Shown here one piece after another: positions 19,622 through 30,512 of a DNA stretch of 64,000 bases. Numbering within the stretch: position 1 is the stretch's first letter; each line of letters opens with the position of its first letter. The notes below the pieces were generated by a model, which saw only the letters and a list, made by a program, of their open reading frames with translations, was not told the DNA's origin and did no database searches. The stretch is from Oscillospiraceae bacterium (lineage in GTDB: Bacteria; Bacillota; Clostridia; Oscillospirales; Oscillospiraceae). A program made the translations under genes and the position numbers. The stretch spans positions 456 through 64,455 of the forward strand of contig JAFQFP010000003.1 in NCBI GenBank assembly GCA_017398625.1, written 5' to 3'.

Positions 19622-21466
19622 ATGAAAAAATGGGGCATTTATTGTTTGCTGGCTGCGGTTTTGCTGACAGGCTGCGCACCCAAGCTCCCTGCTGTTGAAG
19701 GAACTATGGGAACAGAGCCGACAGCCGGGAGCACCGCACCGCCGGAGTCTACGGCAGCGCAGGAGACTACTACCGTTACCCGGCCGCTGGAACCTACCAC
19801 CGACAGCCAGCCTACGGCAGAAACGGTGGACACCTCGGAGTTGATCTCCAAGCGCGACCGAAAGGACGAATACGATGCCGAGGAGAGTGTTAGGATCTAT
19901 CTCAACGGGGACAGCGCTAAATGCAGCGCCGATGGGGTAACAATCAGCGGCAGCAGGGTGACCGTCACTCAGGAGGGCACTTATGTGCTGTCGGGATCTC
20001 TGAACGACGGCATGATCGTCGTGGATGCCGGGAAAAAAGACAAGATCCAGCTTGTGCTGGACGGCGTAAGCATCCACAGCCGGACCTCGGCACCCATCTA
20101 TATCCTGCAATCGGACAAGGTATTCATCACCCTTGCCGCCGGCAGTGAAAACACCCTTTCCAACGGCGGCAGCTTTGTTGCCATGGACGAAAACGACATT
20201 GACGCGGCGGTGTTTTCCAAGGAGGATGTGACCTTCAACGGCAAGGGAAGTCTGGCGGTCACCTCTCCCGCCGGACACGGCATAGTGTCCAAGGACTCTC
20301 TAACGGTGACCGGGGGAAGCTACCGGATCACCTGCAGCGGTCATGGGCTTTGCGGCAAGGACGATGTTGCTCTTTCGGATGCCGCGTTTACCATTGTCTC
20401 CGGTAAGGACGGCATCCATGGGGAAAACAAGGACGATGCCGCCTTGGGGCTTGTGTATATTGAAAGCGGCAGCTTTGACATCGAGGCAGAGGGAGACGGC
20501 ATCAGCGCGGCTTCGACCTTGCAGATCCTAGACGGCAGCTTTACCGTCGTTTCCGGCGGCGGAAGTGTCAATGCCGCTCAGCAGACCTCCGATCGGTGGG
20601 GCATGGGCGGCGGACATGGCGCCATGGGGAGCAGACCCGGCGGTTCTTGGGGCTGGGGGGCTTCTTCCCAGACCGAAGAGGACAACACCAGCATCAAGGG
20701 CTTGAAAGCGGGTACGGCGCTGAGCATCAGCGGCGGCAGCTTTGACATCGACAGCGCCGATGACGGCATCCATGCGGATGGTAATGTGACGGTCAGCGGC
20801 GGCAGTTTTTCCGTTGAAACCGGAGATGACGGCATCCATGCCGACGAGATACTGTCCGTTACGGGAGGAAGCATTACGGTTTCCCAATCCTACGAGGGCT
20901 TGGAGGGACTGCATGTGCTGATCTCCGGGGGTGATATCCGCATATACGCCAGCGATGACGGCTTGAACGCTGCAGGCGGCGCGGATCAGAGCGGCTTTGG
21001 CGGTATGCGGGGCAACGACCGCTTCGGCGGCAGCAGCGCTTCTAAGGGAAGCATTCAGATCAGCGGCGGCAAGCTGTATGTCAATGCCGGAGGTGACGGC
21101 TTAGATGCCAACGGCACCATCACCGTTTCCGGCGGTAATACCGTGGTTTGCGGGCCTACCCGAGGAGATACCGCCACGCTGGATTACGATATCAGCGGCA
21201 TCATTACCGGCGGCACCTTCATCGGCACAGGTGCTTCCGGCATGGCGCAGAGCTTCAGCGATTCCCGGCAGGGCGTCATCGCTGTACGGGTGGGAAATGC
21301 CCCCGCAGGAACGCAGATCACCCTGACCGATAAAAGCGGAGCTGTGATCCTTTCCCATGCACCGGAGCTGAGCTATGATGTGGTGATCCTCAGCAGCCCG
21401 GAGATGGTGAAGGGGCAGAGCTATGTGCTGTCCGTCGGTACCGCCTCTGAGGAATTTACAGCATAA
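19622..21466 (+). CDS. Cthe_2159/DUF4353-family beta-helix carbohydrate-binding lipoprotein
   Basis: Lipobox LLTGC, T/P-rich linker, GTYVLSG.L.DG.I.VDA, repeated DDGIHA/GDGLDANG motifs. Confidence 0.88.
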   Translation: MKKWGIYCLLAAVLLTGCAPKLPAVEGTMGTEPTAGSTAPPESTAAQETTTVTRPLEPTTDSQPTAETVDTSELISKRDRKDEYDAEESVRIYLNGDSAKCSADGVTISGSRVTVTQEGTYVLSGSLNDGMIVVDAGKKDKIQLVLDGVSIHSRTSAPIYILQSDKVFITLAAGSENTLSNGGSFVAMDENDIDAAVFSKEDVTFNGKGSLAVTSPAGHGIVSKDSLTVTGGSYRITCSGHGLCGKDDVALSDAAFTIVSGKDGIHGENKDDAALGLVYIESGSFDIEAEGDGISAASTLQILDGSFTVVSGGGSVNAAQQTSDRWGMGGGHGAMGSRPGGSWGWGASSQTEEDNTSIKGLKAGTALSISGGSFDIDSADDGIHADGNVTVSGGSFSVETGDDGIHADEILSVTGGSITVSQSYEGLEGLHVLISGGDIRIYASDDGLNAAGGADQSGFGGMRGNDRFGGSSASKGSIQISGGKLYVNAGGDGLDANGTITVSGGNTVVCGPTRGDTATLDYDISGIITGGTFIGTGASGMAQSFSDSRQGVIAVRVGNAPAGTQITLTDKSGAVILSHAPELSYDVVILSSPEMVKGQSYVLSVGTASEEFTA

Positions 21467-21512
21467 ACAAACAGTGCGCTGCGGCTGAAACCGCAGCGCA
21501 CTGTTTGTTTTT
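21465..21512. terminator. Bidirectional terminator between convergent genes
   Basis: AAACAAACAGTGCGCTGCGG-loop-CCGCAGCGCACTGTTTGTTTT. Confidence 0.85.
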
Positions 21513-21518
21513 CTGATA

Positions 21519-22556
21519 TCAGCCCCGCATGATACGCCGTCTGGCGATGTTGATGGGGCCCTCCTGCATATGGTTCATCCACGCAAGGCTCTTGCCGCAG
21601 CCGATGGCAACGCAGTTGGCAGGCTCGTCGGAAATGGCACAGGGGATCTGGGTGTGCTCATAGATCATGCTGTCCATGCCCCAGAGCTGGCTGCCGCCGC
21701 CGGTGAGGGTGATGCCGTTGGCGGCAATATCGCCCACTAGCTCGGGAGAGGTCTCCTCCAGCACGGAAAGCACCTCGTCAGCGATCTGCTTGGCAGGACG
21801 GTAGAGCACCTTGTAGATCTCGGTGGAGGTCAGGGTGATCTGCCGGGGCATACCGGTCTTATAGTCTCTGCCCTTGACCACCATGGAGGTCTCCTCCGGG
21901 CGGGGGAACACACTGCCGATGTTGATCTTGATCTCCTCGGCGGTAACCTGTCCGATGATCATGTTGTATTCCCGGCGGACATACCGGGCGATGGCTTCGT
22001 CAAAGGTGTCGCCTGCCACCTTCAAAGAGGAGGAGACGGCAACGCCGTTGAGAGACAGCACCGCGATATCCGTCGTGCCGCCGCCGATATCCACCACCAG
22101 ATGGCCGTTAGGCTTGTCGATGGGCAGGTTAGCACCCAGAGCGGCAGCCAAGGGCTCCTCAATGAGGTAAACACGGCGGGCACCGGCTTCGATGGCGGCG
22201 TTGATAACGGTTCGCTCCTCCACCTCTGTGACACTGCTGGGAACGCAGATGACCACTCTGGGCTTGGGATTGAACAAGGACTTTTTGGAGGCTGCCTTAA
22301 ACAGCTCCTGCAGCATACGGACGGTCATCTCATGGTCAGAAATGACGCCTGCCTTCAGCGGATGCATGGCGACCACATTGCCGGGGGTACGGCCCAGCAT
22401 ATTTCGGGCGGCAGCACCCACTTCCAGAATCTTGCCGGTATTCTTGTCCACGGCGACCACAGAGGGCTCCCGGACAACGATACCCTTGTCCTGAACATAG
22501 ATCAATACATTGGAGGTACCTAGGTCAACGCCCAGGTCAAAGGATAAAATAGGCAT
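21519..22556 (-). CDS. MreB/Mbl-family actin-like rod-shape protein
   Basis: DLGTSN, EPSVVA, IEEP.AAA.GA, DIGGGTT, LTGGG; start placed at ATG 22556. Confidence 0.93.
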   Translation of the reverse strand: MPILSFDLGVDLGTSNVLIYVQDKGIVVREPSVVAVDKNTGKILEVGAAARNMLGRTPGNVVAMHPLKAGVISDHEMTVRMLQELFKAASKKSLFNPKPRVVICVPSSVTEVEERTVINAAIEAGARRVYLIEEPLAAALGANLPIDKPNGHLVVDIGGGTTDIAVLSLNGVAVSSSLKVAGDTFDEAIARYVRREYNMIIGQVTAEEIKINIGSVFPRPEETSMVVKGRDYKTGMPRQITLTSTEIYKVLYRPAKQIADEVLSVLEETSPELVGDIAANGITLTGGGSQLWGMDSMIYEHTQIPCAISDEPANCVAIGCGKSLAWMNHMQEGPINIARRRIMRG

Positions 22557-22561
22557 AAGCT

Positions 22562-23221
22562 TCACCTTTCGTGTGAATTCGCCGCTACGGCGGCGCAGTA
22601 GACTTCCTTGGCGCCTGCGGTCATCAAGACCCGGGCGCATTCGCTTACGGTGGCACCGGTGGTGAGGATATCATCCAGCAGCAGGATCCGCTTGCCCTTT
22701 ACGGTCTGCGGATCTGCTATCCGGTACACATTCAAAACATTGGCTTTCCGCTGTGCCATGCCGGTGATGCCGGATTGGGGCGGGTTGTCCCGATGCTTGA
22801 TCAGCGTAGACACGGCTGTTTGTCCCAGCTCTGCGGCAACGGCGGCAGCCAGAAGCTCCACCTGATCGTAGCCCCGCCGGTGCTTTCTGCGCTTGCTCAC
22901 CGGCACCCATGTGATCAGATCGTAGCCCTCGGGAAATTCCTCGGCGATCCGCATGGCAAGCAATCTGCCGTAGCTTTCGGCATAGCTGCGCTTGCCCCGA
23001 AACTTAAAGCGCAGCAGGCTGAAGCGGACATCACCTTCATAATACCACAAAGCCCGCCATTTCGCAACAAAAGGAATCCGCTTTCGGAAATTTTTGTATA
23101 TTTCGGTCCCTGTGCGGCATCGGCGGCACAGATCCGTCTCCTGCGGCTGCAAAATATCGCCGCAAAGGACGCATTTTGGTGGGAACAGCAGCGTCCATAA
23201 CCCTTCCAGCCACAGCTTCAT
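22562..23221 (-). CDS. ComF-family protein (zinc ribbon + phosphoribosyltransferase)
   Basis: LFPPKCVLC..LCRRC, RGYDQ, LLLDDILTTGAT. Confidence 0.92.
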   Translation of the reverse strand: MKLWLEGLWTLLFPPKCVLCGDILQPQETDLCRRCRTGTEIYKNFRKRIPFVAKWRALWYYEGDVRFSLLRFKFRGKRSYAESYGRLLAMRIAEEFPEGYDLITWVPVSKRRKHRRGYDQVELLAAAVAAELGQTAVSTLIKHRDNPPQSGITGMAQRKANVLNVYRIADPQTVKGKRILLLDDILTTGATVSECARVLMTAGAKEVYCAAVAANSHER

Positions 23222-25419
23222 ACTTTTCCTTGCAGCCGAAGCTTGACACCGCTGTAGCGCCGTGCCACCTTGGCGTTCTGGGTCATGACGGAAACGGTCT
23301 CAGCACTGCCCACGATGATCAGCAGCTCCCGGGCACGGGTGATGGCGGTGTAAAGAATGCTGCGGCTGAGCAGGTAGGGAGAACCGTTCCACGCGGACAG
23401 GATCACCGCCCGGTACTCGCTTCCTTGGCTCTTATGGACGGTCATGGCATAGGCAGGCTCCAGCTCATTGAGCTGGGTGAAATCGTAGTCCACCTCCCGG
23501 TCATCGAATACCACCGTCAGCTTTTCTTGATCGGCAGCGATGGCGGTGACGGTGCCGATATCTCCGTTGAAAACTCCGGTGCCCACGGCGGTGCCGTCCT
23601 GCTTTTTCCACATAATATCATAATTGTTGCGGATCTGCATCACCCGGTCGCCCTCCCGGAAGGAAAATTCTCCGAATTGCCGTTCTTTTTTGCCGGGGAC
23701 AGGAGGATTGAGGCTTTGCTGCAGCAGCTTATTCAGGCTCCATGTGCCTACGCCGCCCTTGCGGGTAGGGGTCAGCACTTGGATCTGGTCGGCGCTGATG
23801 CCCATGTTTTTCGGCAGCCGCTGGGCGCACAGAGACACGATGGTCTGTGCCACCTCCTCCTCACTGTGGCAGGGGAGGAAGAAAAAATCGCTGTTTCGGG
23901 TCTTCAGATCCGGCATAAGCCCTTGGTTGACCCGGTGTGCATTCATAACGATGAGACTTTCCTGTGCCTGCCGGAAGATCTCCGTCAGCCGCACTGAGGG
24001 CAGCACACCGCTGCGCAGACAGTCGGCAAAGGGCGCACCGGGACCTACCGGGGGAAGCTGATCCGGATCGCCTACAAGGATCAACCGCCGCCGCAGCGGG
24101 ATGGCGCTGAGCAGGCTGCCCAGCAGCTCCACATCCACCATGGACATCTCGTCCACGATCACCGCGTCAGCCTGTAGGGGGTTGCTTTCGTCCTTGGCAA
24201 AGAACATATTGCCGGTGTTGGGGTCGATGGTGGCTTCCAGCAGCCGGTGGATGGTGGAAGCGTCCTCCCCTGTGACCTCGGTGAGCCGCTTGGCAGCCCG
24301 CCCGGTGGGCGCTGCCAGCAGACACCGCAGCCCCATCTGCCGGTAGAGGGAGAGGATACCCTTTAGGATCGTGGTTTTGCCGGTGCCGGGGCCGCCGGTG
24401 ATCAGCAGCAGGCCGCTGGTGGCGGCTTCCCGAATGGCATCGGATTGGTAGTCGGAGTAGGCAACACCGCTTTCCTCGGCGGCGATGCGCAGCAGCTTTT
24501 CCAGATTTCGGGGTGGGGGAAAGCTGTAGCTGCCGAAGTCCAGCAGCCGCTGAACGGACAGCGCCTCCGCTTCGTAAAGCCGGGGCATATAGCAGACCGT
24601 GATCCCTGCCAGCACATCCTCCACCAGCCGGTCAGCAGCCAAAAGCCGGGCAAGCCCTGCTTCGATGTCCGAGCTGTCCACCGTCAGAAGCTGGGCAGTG
24701 GCATTGCACAGCTTTTCCCGGGGCAGGAAGCAGTGACCTGCGGTTCGGTTGTAGTTCAGTTCAAATAAAATACCCGCTTCCACACGGCGGCGGTCGTTTC
24801 CCGCTACCCCCAGCTCGATGGCAAACCGATCCACCGCCCCAAAGGGGGCTTCCAGACCTTCGTCCATGAGAAGATAGGGATCGTCATAGAGCAGGGAAAC
24901 GGTGTTTTCTCCGTAGAGCTTATAGGCGCGGACAGCCAGATCCGCAGGCAGATGGTGCAGGGCGAAAAACTCCATAAGCTGCCGCATCCCCACCTGCAGC
25001 CGGAAGGCTTCGCCGATGGCTTTTGCCTTGGCGGCGGAAATGCCGCTGACCTCCGCGAGCCTGTCCGGCTCCAGCTCCATCACCGCCAGCGTTTGCTCCC
25101 CAAAACGGTTGACGATCCGGGCGGCGGTGACAGGGCCGATGCCCTTGACAGCCCGCCCGGACAGATAGGTAAGGATCTCGCTGCAGGTCTGGGGCATGAG
25201 CCGCTCCAGAAATTCCGCTTCAAATTGCTTGCCGTAGCTTTGATGGGTGCTCCATTTGCCGGTGACCATCAGCCGCTCGCCTACGCTGGGCAGGGGAATG
25301 GTGCCCACCACGGTAACGGTCTGCCCGTCTTGGCAGGAAAGCCGCAGCACGGCATAACCATTTTCATAATTCTGGTAGATCACCGCTGCGATGACGCCCT
25401 GCAGGATCTCCATTTCCAT
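23218..25419 (-). CDS. recD2: RecD2-family helicase
   Basis: KGIGP.TA, TGGPGTGKTT, APTGRAAKR, DEMSM, GDPDQL, AYAMTVHKSQGSE, YTAITRA; start at 25419 or 25413. Confidence 0.95.
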   Translation of the reverse strand: MEMEILQGVIAAVIYQNYENGYAVLRLSCQDGQTVTVVGTIPLPSVGERLMVTGKWSTHQSYGKQFEAEFLERLMPQTCSEILTYLSGRAVKGIGPVTAARIVNRFGEQTLAVMELEPDRLAEVSGISAAKAKAIGEAFRLQVGMRQLMEFFALHHLPADLAVRAYKLYGENTVSLLYDDPYLLMDEGLEAPFGAVDRFAIELGVAGNDRRRVEAGILFELNYNRTAGHCFLPREKLCNATAQLLTVDSSDIEAGLARLLAADRLVEDVLAGITVCYMPRLYEAEALSVQRLLDFGSYSFPPPRNLEKLLRIAAEESGVAYSDYQSDAIREAATSGLLLITGGPGTGKTTILKGILSLYRQMGLRCLLAAPTGRAAKRLTEVTGEDASTIHRLLEATIDPNTGNMFFAKDESNPLQADAVIVDEMSMVDVELLGSLLSAIPLRRRLILVGDPDQLPPVGPGAPFADCLRSGVLPSVRLTEIFRQAQESLIVMNAHRVNQGLMPDLKTRNSDFFFLPCHSEEEVAQTIVSLCAQRLPKNMGISADQIQVLTPTRKGGVGTWSLNKLLQQSLNPPVPGKKERQFGEFSFREGDRVMQIRNNYDIMWKKQDGTAVGTGVFNGDIGTVTAIAADQEKLTVVFDDREVDYDFTQLNELEPAYAMTVHKSQGSEYRAVILSAWNGSPYLLSRSILYTAITRARELLIIVGSAETVSVMTQNAKVARRYSGVKLRLQGKV

Positions 25420-25747
25420 TTCGTTCAAGGTTCTTTCGCTCCGTTTCCAGCTTGGAGGCCAGTGCCGCCAAGGTACAAAATTCCACATCCGCGTGACGCC
25501 GCAGCCGTTTTTGTCCCTCCTCCGAAAAATCGCCCACAAGCAGCAGGGGCGGTTTTACAAGGGACAGGCCGTGGAGCCAGCGGTAACACAGCAGGGCACA
25601 TTCCGGTGCCGTCTCTCCGGGGCACAGGCATACCAAGCAGCAGCCCCGGGCGAGGGGGAGCAGCCAGCCAAACAGCGCCCACAGCAGAAACAGAAAACCG
25701 AATGCCGCCAGCACACCGGTCACCCAATCCAATAACAATGCCACCAC
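25364..25747 (-). CDS. Hypothetical membrane-anchored protein
   Basis: 127-aa ORF with an N-terminal TM helix, overlapping the recD2 start; exact start uncertain. Confidence 0.55.
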   Translation of the reverse strand: MVALLLDWVTGVLAAFGFLFLLWALFGWLLPLARGCCLVCLCPGETAPECALLCYRWLHGLSLVKPPLLLVGDFSEEGQKRLRRHADVEFCTLAALASKLETERKNLERNGNGDPAGRHRSGDLPEL

Positions 25748-25942
25748 CTCGGTATGATATATGGCGGCGGCAGGGAAAGTGTTCCTGTAGCTATACAGTT
25801 TACTACATTTTCAGAAAAAGGGAAAGCCTTTTTCGATGGATTTTTGCATTTATTTGTTGGTGTGGTATAAAAATATCGATAAGAAAATATCATTTTGTGT
25901 ACAATATCTAAAAAAACACCCGTTTTTTCCCTTTTTTACTCC

Positions 25943-25971
25943 TTGCAAGTTAGCGAGCATTGGGGTATAAT
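25943..25971 (+). promoter_or_regulatory. sigmaA-type promoter of the atp operon
   Basis: TTGCAA-N17-TATAAT; a second candidate TTGCAT-N16-TATAAA lies at 25844-25871. Confidence 0.7.
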
Positions 25972-26001
25972 ATAGGCTGGATTGATTTTGGGGGGAATGA
26001 C

Positions 26002-26262
26002 ATGAAGGACCTGAATTTGCTCATTTGGCTGACGCAGCTTGGGTTTTCTGTGATCCTTCCTCTGGCGGGTTTTTTACTGCTGGCGCTTTGGCTCCGTAAT
26101 AATTGGGGCTGGGGGGACTGGGTCATCGTTGTGGGCATCCTGCTGGGCATTACCAGCGCCGTTTCCGGCTTCCGGGGGGCTTTGGATGCCATGAACCGCA
26201 CGCCCCACAACAGCAGCAAGCAGAAGGAAGAACCCCCGCTTTCCTTTAATGACCATGACTAA
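26002..26262 (+). CDS. AtpZ/AtpI-family small membrane protein
   Basis: Two TM helices, LTQLGFSV..P motif, first gene of the atp operon. Confidence 0.75.
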   Translation: MKDLNLLIWLTQLGFSVILPLAGFLLLALWLRNNWGWGDWVIVVGILLGITSAVSGFRGALDAMNRTPHNSSKQKEEPPLSFNDHD

Positions 26263-26272
26263 GAGGAGCGCT

Positions 26273-26668
26273 ATGGAATCCCGTAAGATCGTATTTCATG
26301 AAACAGCCGTCGTTGCCATCGGTGTGGCGGTGTGTACTGCCGTGATGATCGGCGTGTTTGCCCTCGTGGGGGCTTACGATACCACCGTTTTGCTGGGCGG
26401 TATCGCAGGCGCGGTGCTGTCGGTGGGCAATTTCTTCTTCATGGCAGTGATCGCCTCCTTGGCGGCGGACAAAGCCCAGCAGCAGGATGTGGAGGGCGGC
26501 AAGAAGCTGATAAAAGCATCTTATCCCATCCGGATCCTAGTGCTGGCGGTGCTGCTGTTTGCCCTTGCCAAAAGCGGCTGGTTCCATGTTCTGGCACTGG
26601 CGCTGCCCTTGGTATTCGTAAGACCCTCCATAACCATTGCGGAATTTTTTAGGAAGAAAGGTGAGTAA
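26273..26668 (+). CDS. atpI: ATP synthase subunit I
   Basis: Four TM helices, NFF.M and SY..R motifs, directly upstream of atpB. Confidence 0.8.
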   Translation: MESRKIVFHETAVVAIGVAVCTAVMIGVFALVGAYDTTVLLGGIAGAVLSVGNFFFMAVIASLAADKAQQQDVEGGKKLIKASYPIRILVLAVLLFALAKSGWFHVLALALPLVFVRPSITIAEFFRKKGE

Positions 26669-26673
26669 AGCCC

Positions 26674-27573
26674 ATGGATCTGCAAGTAACCGGCGCATTT
26701 ATATACTTTACCATTCCCATTTTCGGCGGCATCAATGTGACCCAGACCACCGTGTCCTTTGCCGTGGTCACCATCCTTTTGTGCTGTGCCTGCTATTTTC
26801 TGGGCAAGGATCTGAAGACCCGTCCCGACGGTAAGCAGGTCATGGTGGAAAAGGGCGTGATGATGCTCCACAACATGGTGGTGGAGACCATGGGCGCCCA
26901 CAATGCCCACTGGATGCCCTTTATCGCCACCATCTTCCTCAGCAGTATCTGCGGCTCCTTTATCGGTCTCACCGGCTTTTTGCGCTCCGCCACTGCGGAC
27001 TTGAGCTGTGTAGGCGTGTGGGCCGTGATGGTCACGCTGATCATCTGGTACAACAACATCAAGCACAACGGCTTTGTGAACTGGCTGAAGGGCTTTACCG
27101 AGCCCATTGCGGTTATGACGCCTATGAATATCGTTTCCGAGATCGCCCAGCCTGTTTCCATGATGTTCCGTCACTTCGGCAATGTGGCAGGCGGCGGCGT
27201 CATCACCGCCATCATCTATACCTCTTTGAGCATGGCATCCACCGCGGTTCTGAATCTGATCTCCGCCAGCGGCTGGGCAGTATCCGCCATTTTGCTGGTG
27301 CTGGGCGGTGTGCTGATCTTCCTGTGGAAGAAAAACGGCAAAAAGCTGCCTTTGGTATTCGGCATCATCTCCGCTATGCTGGGTCTGTCCGGTCTGCTGC
27401 AGGCCACCGGCATTCTCGCCGGCCTGCCGATTTTGACACTGGGCCTTCCCGCTGTGCTTTCCTGCTACTTTGACCTGTTTTCCGGTTTCGTTCAGGCCTA
27501 TGTGTTCAGCCTGCTGACCATGGTCTATATCTCCGGCTCTCTGCCGGGCCCGGAAGAGGCAAAGACAGAATAA
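26674..27573 (+). CDS. atpB: F0 subunit a
   Basis: PMNIVSEIAQPVSMMFRHFGN (conserved Arg), QAYVFSLLT. Confidence 0.95.
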   Translation: MDLQVTGAFIYFTIPIFGGINVTQTTVSFAVVTILLCCACYFLGKDLKTRPDGKQVMVEKGVMMLHNMVVETMGAHNAHWMPFIATIFLSSICGSFIGLTGFLRSATADLSCVGVWAVMVTLIIWYNNIKHNGFVNWLKGFTEPIAVMTPMNIVSEIAQPVSMMFRHFGNVAGGGVITAIIYTSLSMASTAVLNLISASGWAVSAILLVLGGVLIFLWKKNGKKLPLVFGIISAMLGLSGLLQATGILAGLPILTLGLPAVLSCYFDLFSGFVQAYVFSLLTMVYISGSLPGPEEAKTE

Positions 27574-27613
27574 TTTCGTTGACCATAAAAATTTATATAA
27601 AAAACATTTTTAG

Positions 27614-27871
<258 letters not shown>

Positions 27872-27907
27872 GGCTCTGTTCATTTTATATGAAAGGAGCT
27901 GGCAGAC

Positions 27908-28414
27908 GTGGGACAATTTGAAGAATTTGTTGGTGTAAACTTTTGGACTGCGCTGTTCGTTCTGCTCAACACCCTGCTGATCTACTTCGTTGCGAAGAAA
28001 TTCCTCTTTAAGCCTGTGATGAATATCATCCAGACCCGGCAGAAGGAGATCGACGATCTGTACAGCGATGCAAATTCCGCCAAGGAAGATGCACAGGCTA
28101 TGCAGGCGGAGTATCAGCAGAAGCTTTCTGCTGCTCAGGCCACCTCTGAGCGTCTGGTGAAGGAAGCGGTCGCCCGTGGACAGAGCCGTGAGGAGGAGAT
28201 CATCCGGCAGGCAAACCGGGAGGCCTCTGCCATCATGGATAAGGCTGCCGCGGATATCGCTCAGGAGAAGAAAAAGGCCATCAACGACGCCAAGGACGAG
28301 ATCTCCGAAATGGCTATGGCTGTTGCGGAGAAGGTCGTTGGCCGTGAGCTGAACAGTGCCGATCAAGGTGCGCTCATCGACCATTTTATCAATGAATTGG
28401 GTGACGAAGCATGA
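27908..28414 (+). CDS. atpF: F0 subunit b
   Basis: GTG start with AAGGAG RBS, N-terminal TM helix, FLFKPV..II..R, coiled coil. Confidence 0.95.
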   Translation: MGQFEEFVGVNFWTALFVLLNTLLIYFVAKKFLFKPVMNIIQTRQKEIDDLYSDANSAKEDAQAMQAEYQQKLSAAQATSERLVKEAVARGQSREEEIIRQANREASAIMDKAAADIAQEKKKAINDAKDEISEMAMAVAEKVVGRELNSADQGALIDHFINELGDEA

Positions 28415-28950
28415 CCCAGATCGGAAGTGTATACGGGCAGGCGCTGTATGACCTTGCCCGGGAGGAAGGGCTGGATCAGCCCCTATTGGAGCAGCTGAAG
28501 GCACTGCGGGACAGCTTTGCCCAGGAACCGGATTTCCTGCGGCTGCTTTCCGCCCCCAACCTGTCCAAGGAAGACCGCTGCCGGATCGCTGACGACAGCT
28601 TCCGTGGCAAGGTACATCCCTATGTGCTGAATTTCTTGAAAATTCTTACCGAAAAGGGATATGCCCGCCATTTCGGAGCATGTGCCGAGGCATACCGGGA
28701 GCAGTATAACCGGGATCATGGCATTTTGCCGGTGAAGGCGGTCACCGCTGTGGCGCTGACACCGGAGCAGGCGGACAAGCTCAGCGCAAAGCTGGCAGGC
28801 ATCACGGGCAAGACCGTGGAGCTGACCAACCGGGTAGACCCGGATTGTCTGGGCGGCGTGCGTCTGGATTATGACGGCAAGCGTGTGGACGATACGGTAT
28901 CCCACCGGCTGGATGCTATCCGCGCGATGCTGAAAAACACCGTACTCTGA
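28411..28950 (+). CDS. atpH: F1 subunit delta
   Basis: YGQALY, NFLKIL, VDP..LGG. Confidence 0.95.
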   Translation: MTQIGSVYGQALYDLAREEGLDQPLLEQLKALRDSFAQEPDFLRLLSAPNLSKEDRCRIADDSFRGKVHPYVLNFLKILTEKGYARHFGACAEAYREQYNRDHGILPVKAVTAVALTPEQADKLSAKLAGITGKTVELTNRVDPDCLGGVRLDYDGKRVDDTVSHRLDAIRAMLKNTVL

Positions 28951-28982
28951 ATCAATACGCAGAATTGGAGAGCAGGGACAGT

Positions 28983-30497
28983 ATGGAATTAAGACCCGAA
29001 GAAATAACAAAAATCATTCGTAGTCAGATCAAGAACTACGAGAATAAGCTGGAAGCCAGCGAGACCGGTGTCGTGATCCTTGTGGGTGACGGTATTGCGC
29101 GGGTTTCCGGTCTGGATAAGTGCATGGCAGGCGAGCTGATCGAATTCCCCAACGGCTCCTACGGCATGGCACAGAATCTGGAAGAAGACACGGTCTCCGT
29201 CGTTATTCTGGGTACCGACAACGGCATCAAGGAAGGCGAAACCGTGAAGCGTACCGGCCGCGTGGTCTCCGTGCCTGTGGGCACCGGGCTGATCGGCCGT
29301 GTTGTCAATGCGCTGGGCGAGCCCATCGACGGCAAGGGCACCATCGAGGCGGAGGCTTACCGCCCCATCGAAAGCCCCGCCCCCGGCATCATCGAAAGAA
29401 AGCATGTCAGTGTTCCCCTGCAGACCGGTATCAAGGCCATCGATGCCATGATCCCCATCGGCAGAGGCCAGCGTGAGCTGATCATCGGCGACCGCCAGAC
29501 CGGTAAGACCACTCTGGCAACCGATACCATTCTGAACCAGAAGGGCAAGGATGTGATCTGCATCTATGTTGCCATCGGTCAGAAGCGCTCCACCGTTGCC
29601 CAGATCGTTAACAATCTGACTCTGGGCGGTGCTATGGAGTATACCGTCGTGGTCTCCGCCACCGCTTCCGAGCTGGCGCCCATGCAGTATATCGCTCCCT
29701 ACACCGGCTGTGCTATCGGCGAGCATTTTATGCATCAGGGCAAGGATGTTCTGGTTATTTATGATGACCTGAGTAAGCACGCGGTGGCATACCGTGCCAT
29801 TTCCCTGCTGATCCGCCGTCCCCCCGGACGGGAAGCCTACCCCGGTGATGTTTTCTATCTCCACTCCCGTCTGCTGGAGCGTGCAGCACAGCTTTCCGAG
29901 GAGCTGGGCGGCGGCAGCCTGACGGCTCTGCCCATCATCGAGACTCAGGCGGGCGACGTTTCCGCTTACATTCCCACCAATGTGATCTCCATCACCGACG
30001 GTCAGATCTTCTTGGAGACCGAGCTGTTCAACGCAGGCGTTATGCCCGCCGTGAACCCCGGTATCTCCGTCTCCCGTGTCGGCGGCGATGCCCAGATCAA
30101 GGCCATGAAGAAGGTGGCAGGCTCTCTGAAGCTGCTGTACTCTCAGTACCGTGAGCTGCAGAGCTTTGCCCAGTTCGGCTCCGATCTGGATGCGGATACC
30201 AAGTCCCGTCTGGCGCTGGGCGAGCGGATCGTGGCAGTGCTGAAGCAGAAGAACAATGCCCCTGTGGAGGTCGCTCATCAGGTGTGCATCATTTACGCCG
30301 TTACCAACGGCTATCTGAAGAACATCGCCGTGGAAGCCATTCCCGAATTTGAAAAGCGGATGCAGGAGTTCATGGATAACCGCTACAGCCATGTGCTGGA
30401 TGCCATCCGCAGCTCCGGTAAGCTGGAGAAGGACACCGAAGAAAGCCTGAAGGCCGCTTTGACTGAGCTGTTGGGCGAGTTCCAGGCAGTACAGTAA
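28983..30497 (+). CDS. atpA: F1 subunit alpha
   Basis: [29 protein letters not shown]. Confidence 0.98.
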   Translation: MELRPEEITKIIRSQIKNYENKLEASETGVVILVGDGIARVSGLDKCMAGELIEFPNGSYGMAQNLEEDTVSVVILGTDNGIKEGETVKRTGRVVSVPVGTGLIGRVVNALGEPIDGKGTIEAEAYRPIESPAPGIIERKHVSVPLQTGIKAIDAMIPIGRGQRELIIGDRQTGKTTLATDTILNQKGKDVICIYVAIGQKRSTVAQIVNNLTLGGAMEYTVVVSATASELAPMQYIAPYTGCAIGEHFMHQGKDVLVIYDDLSKHAVAYRAISLLIRRPPGREAYPGDVFYLHSRLLERAAQLSEELGGGSLTALPIIETQAGDVSAYIPTNVISITDGQIFLETELFNAGVMPAVNPGISVSRVGGDAQIKAMKKVAGSLKLLYSQYRELQSFAQFGSDLDADTKSRLALGERIVAVLKQKNNAPVEVAHQVCIIYAVTNGYLKNIAVEAIPEFEKRMQEFMDNRYSHVLDAIRSSGKLEKDTEESLKAALTELLGEFQAVQ

Positions 30498-30512
30498 GGA
30501 AGGAGGCCTGTC

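Noticed and set aside
25750-26001. Na+-sensing riboswitch upstream of the atp operon
   Set aside because: The proximal promoter leaves only about 25 nt of leader, and no conserved structure was seen.
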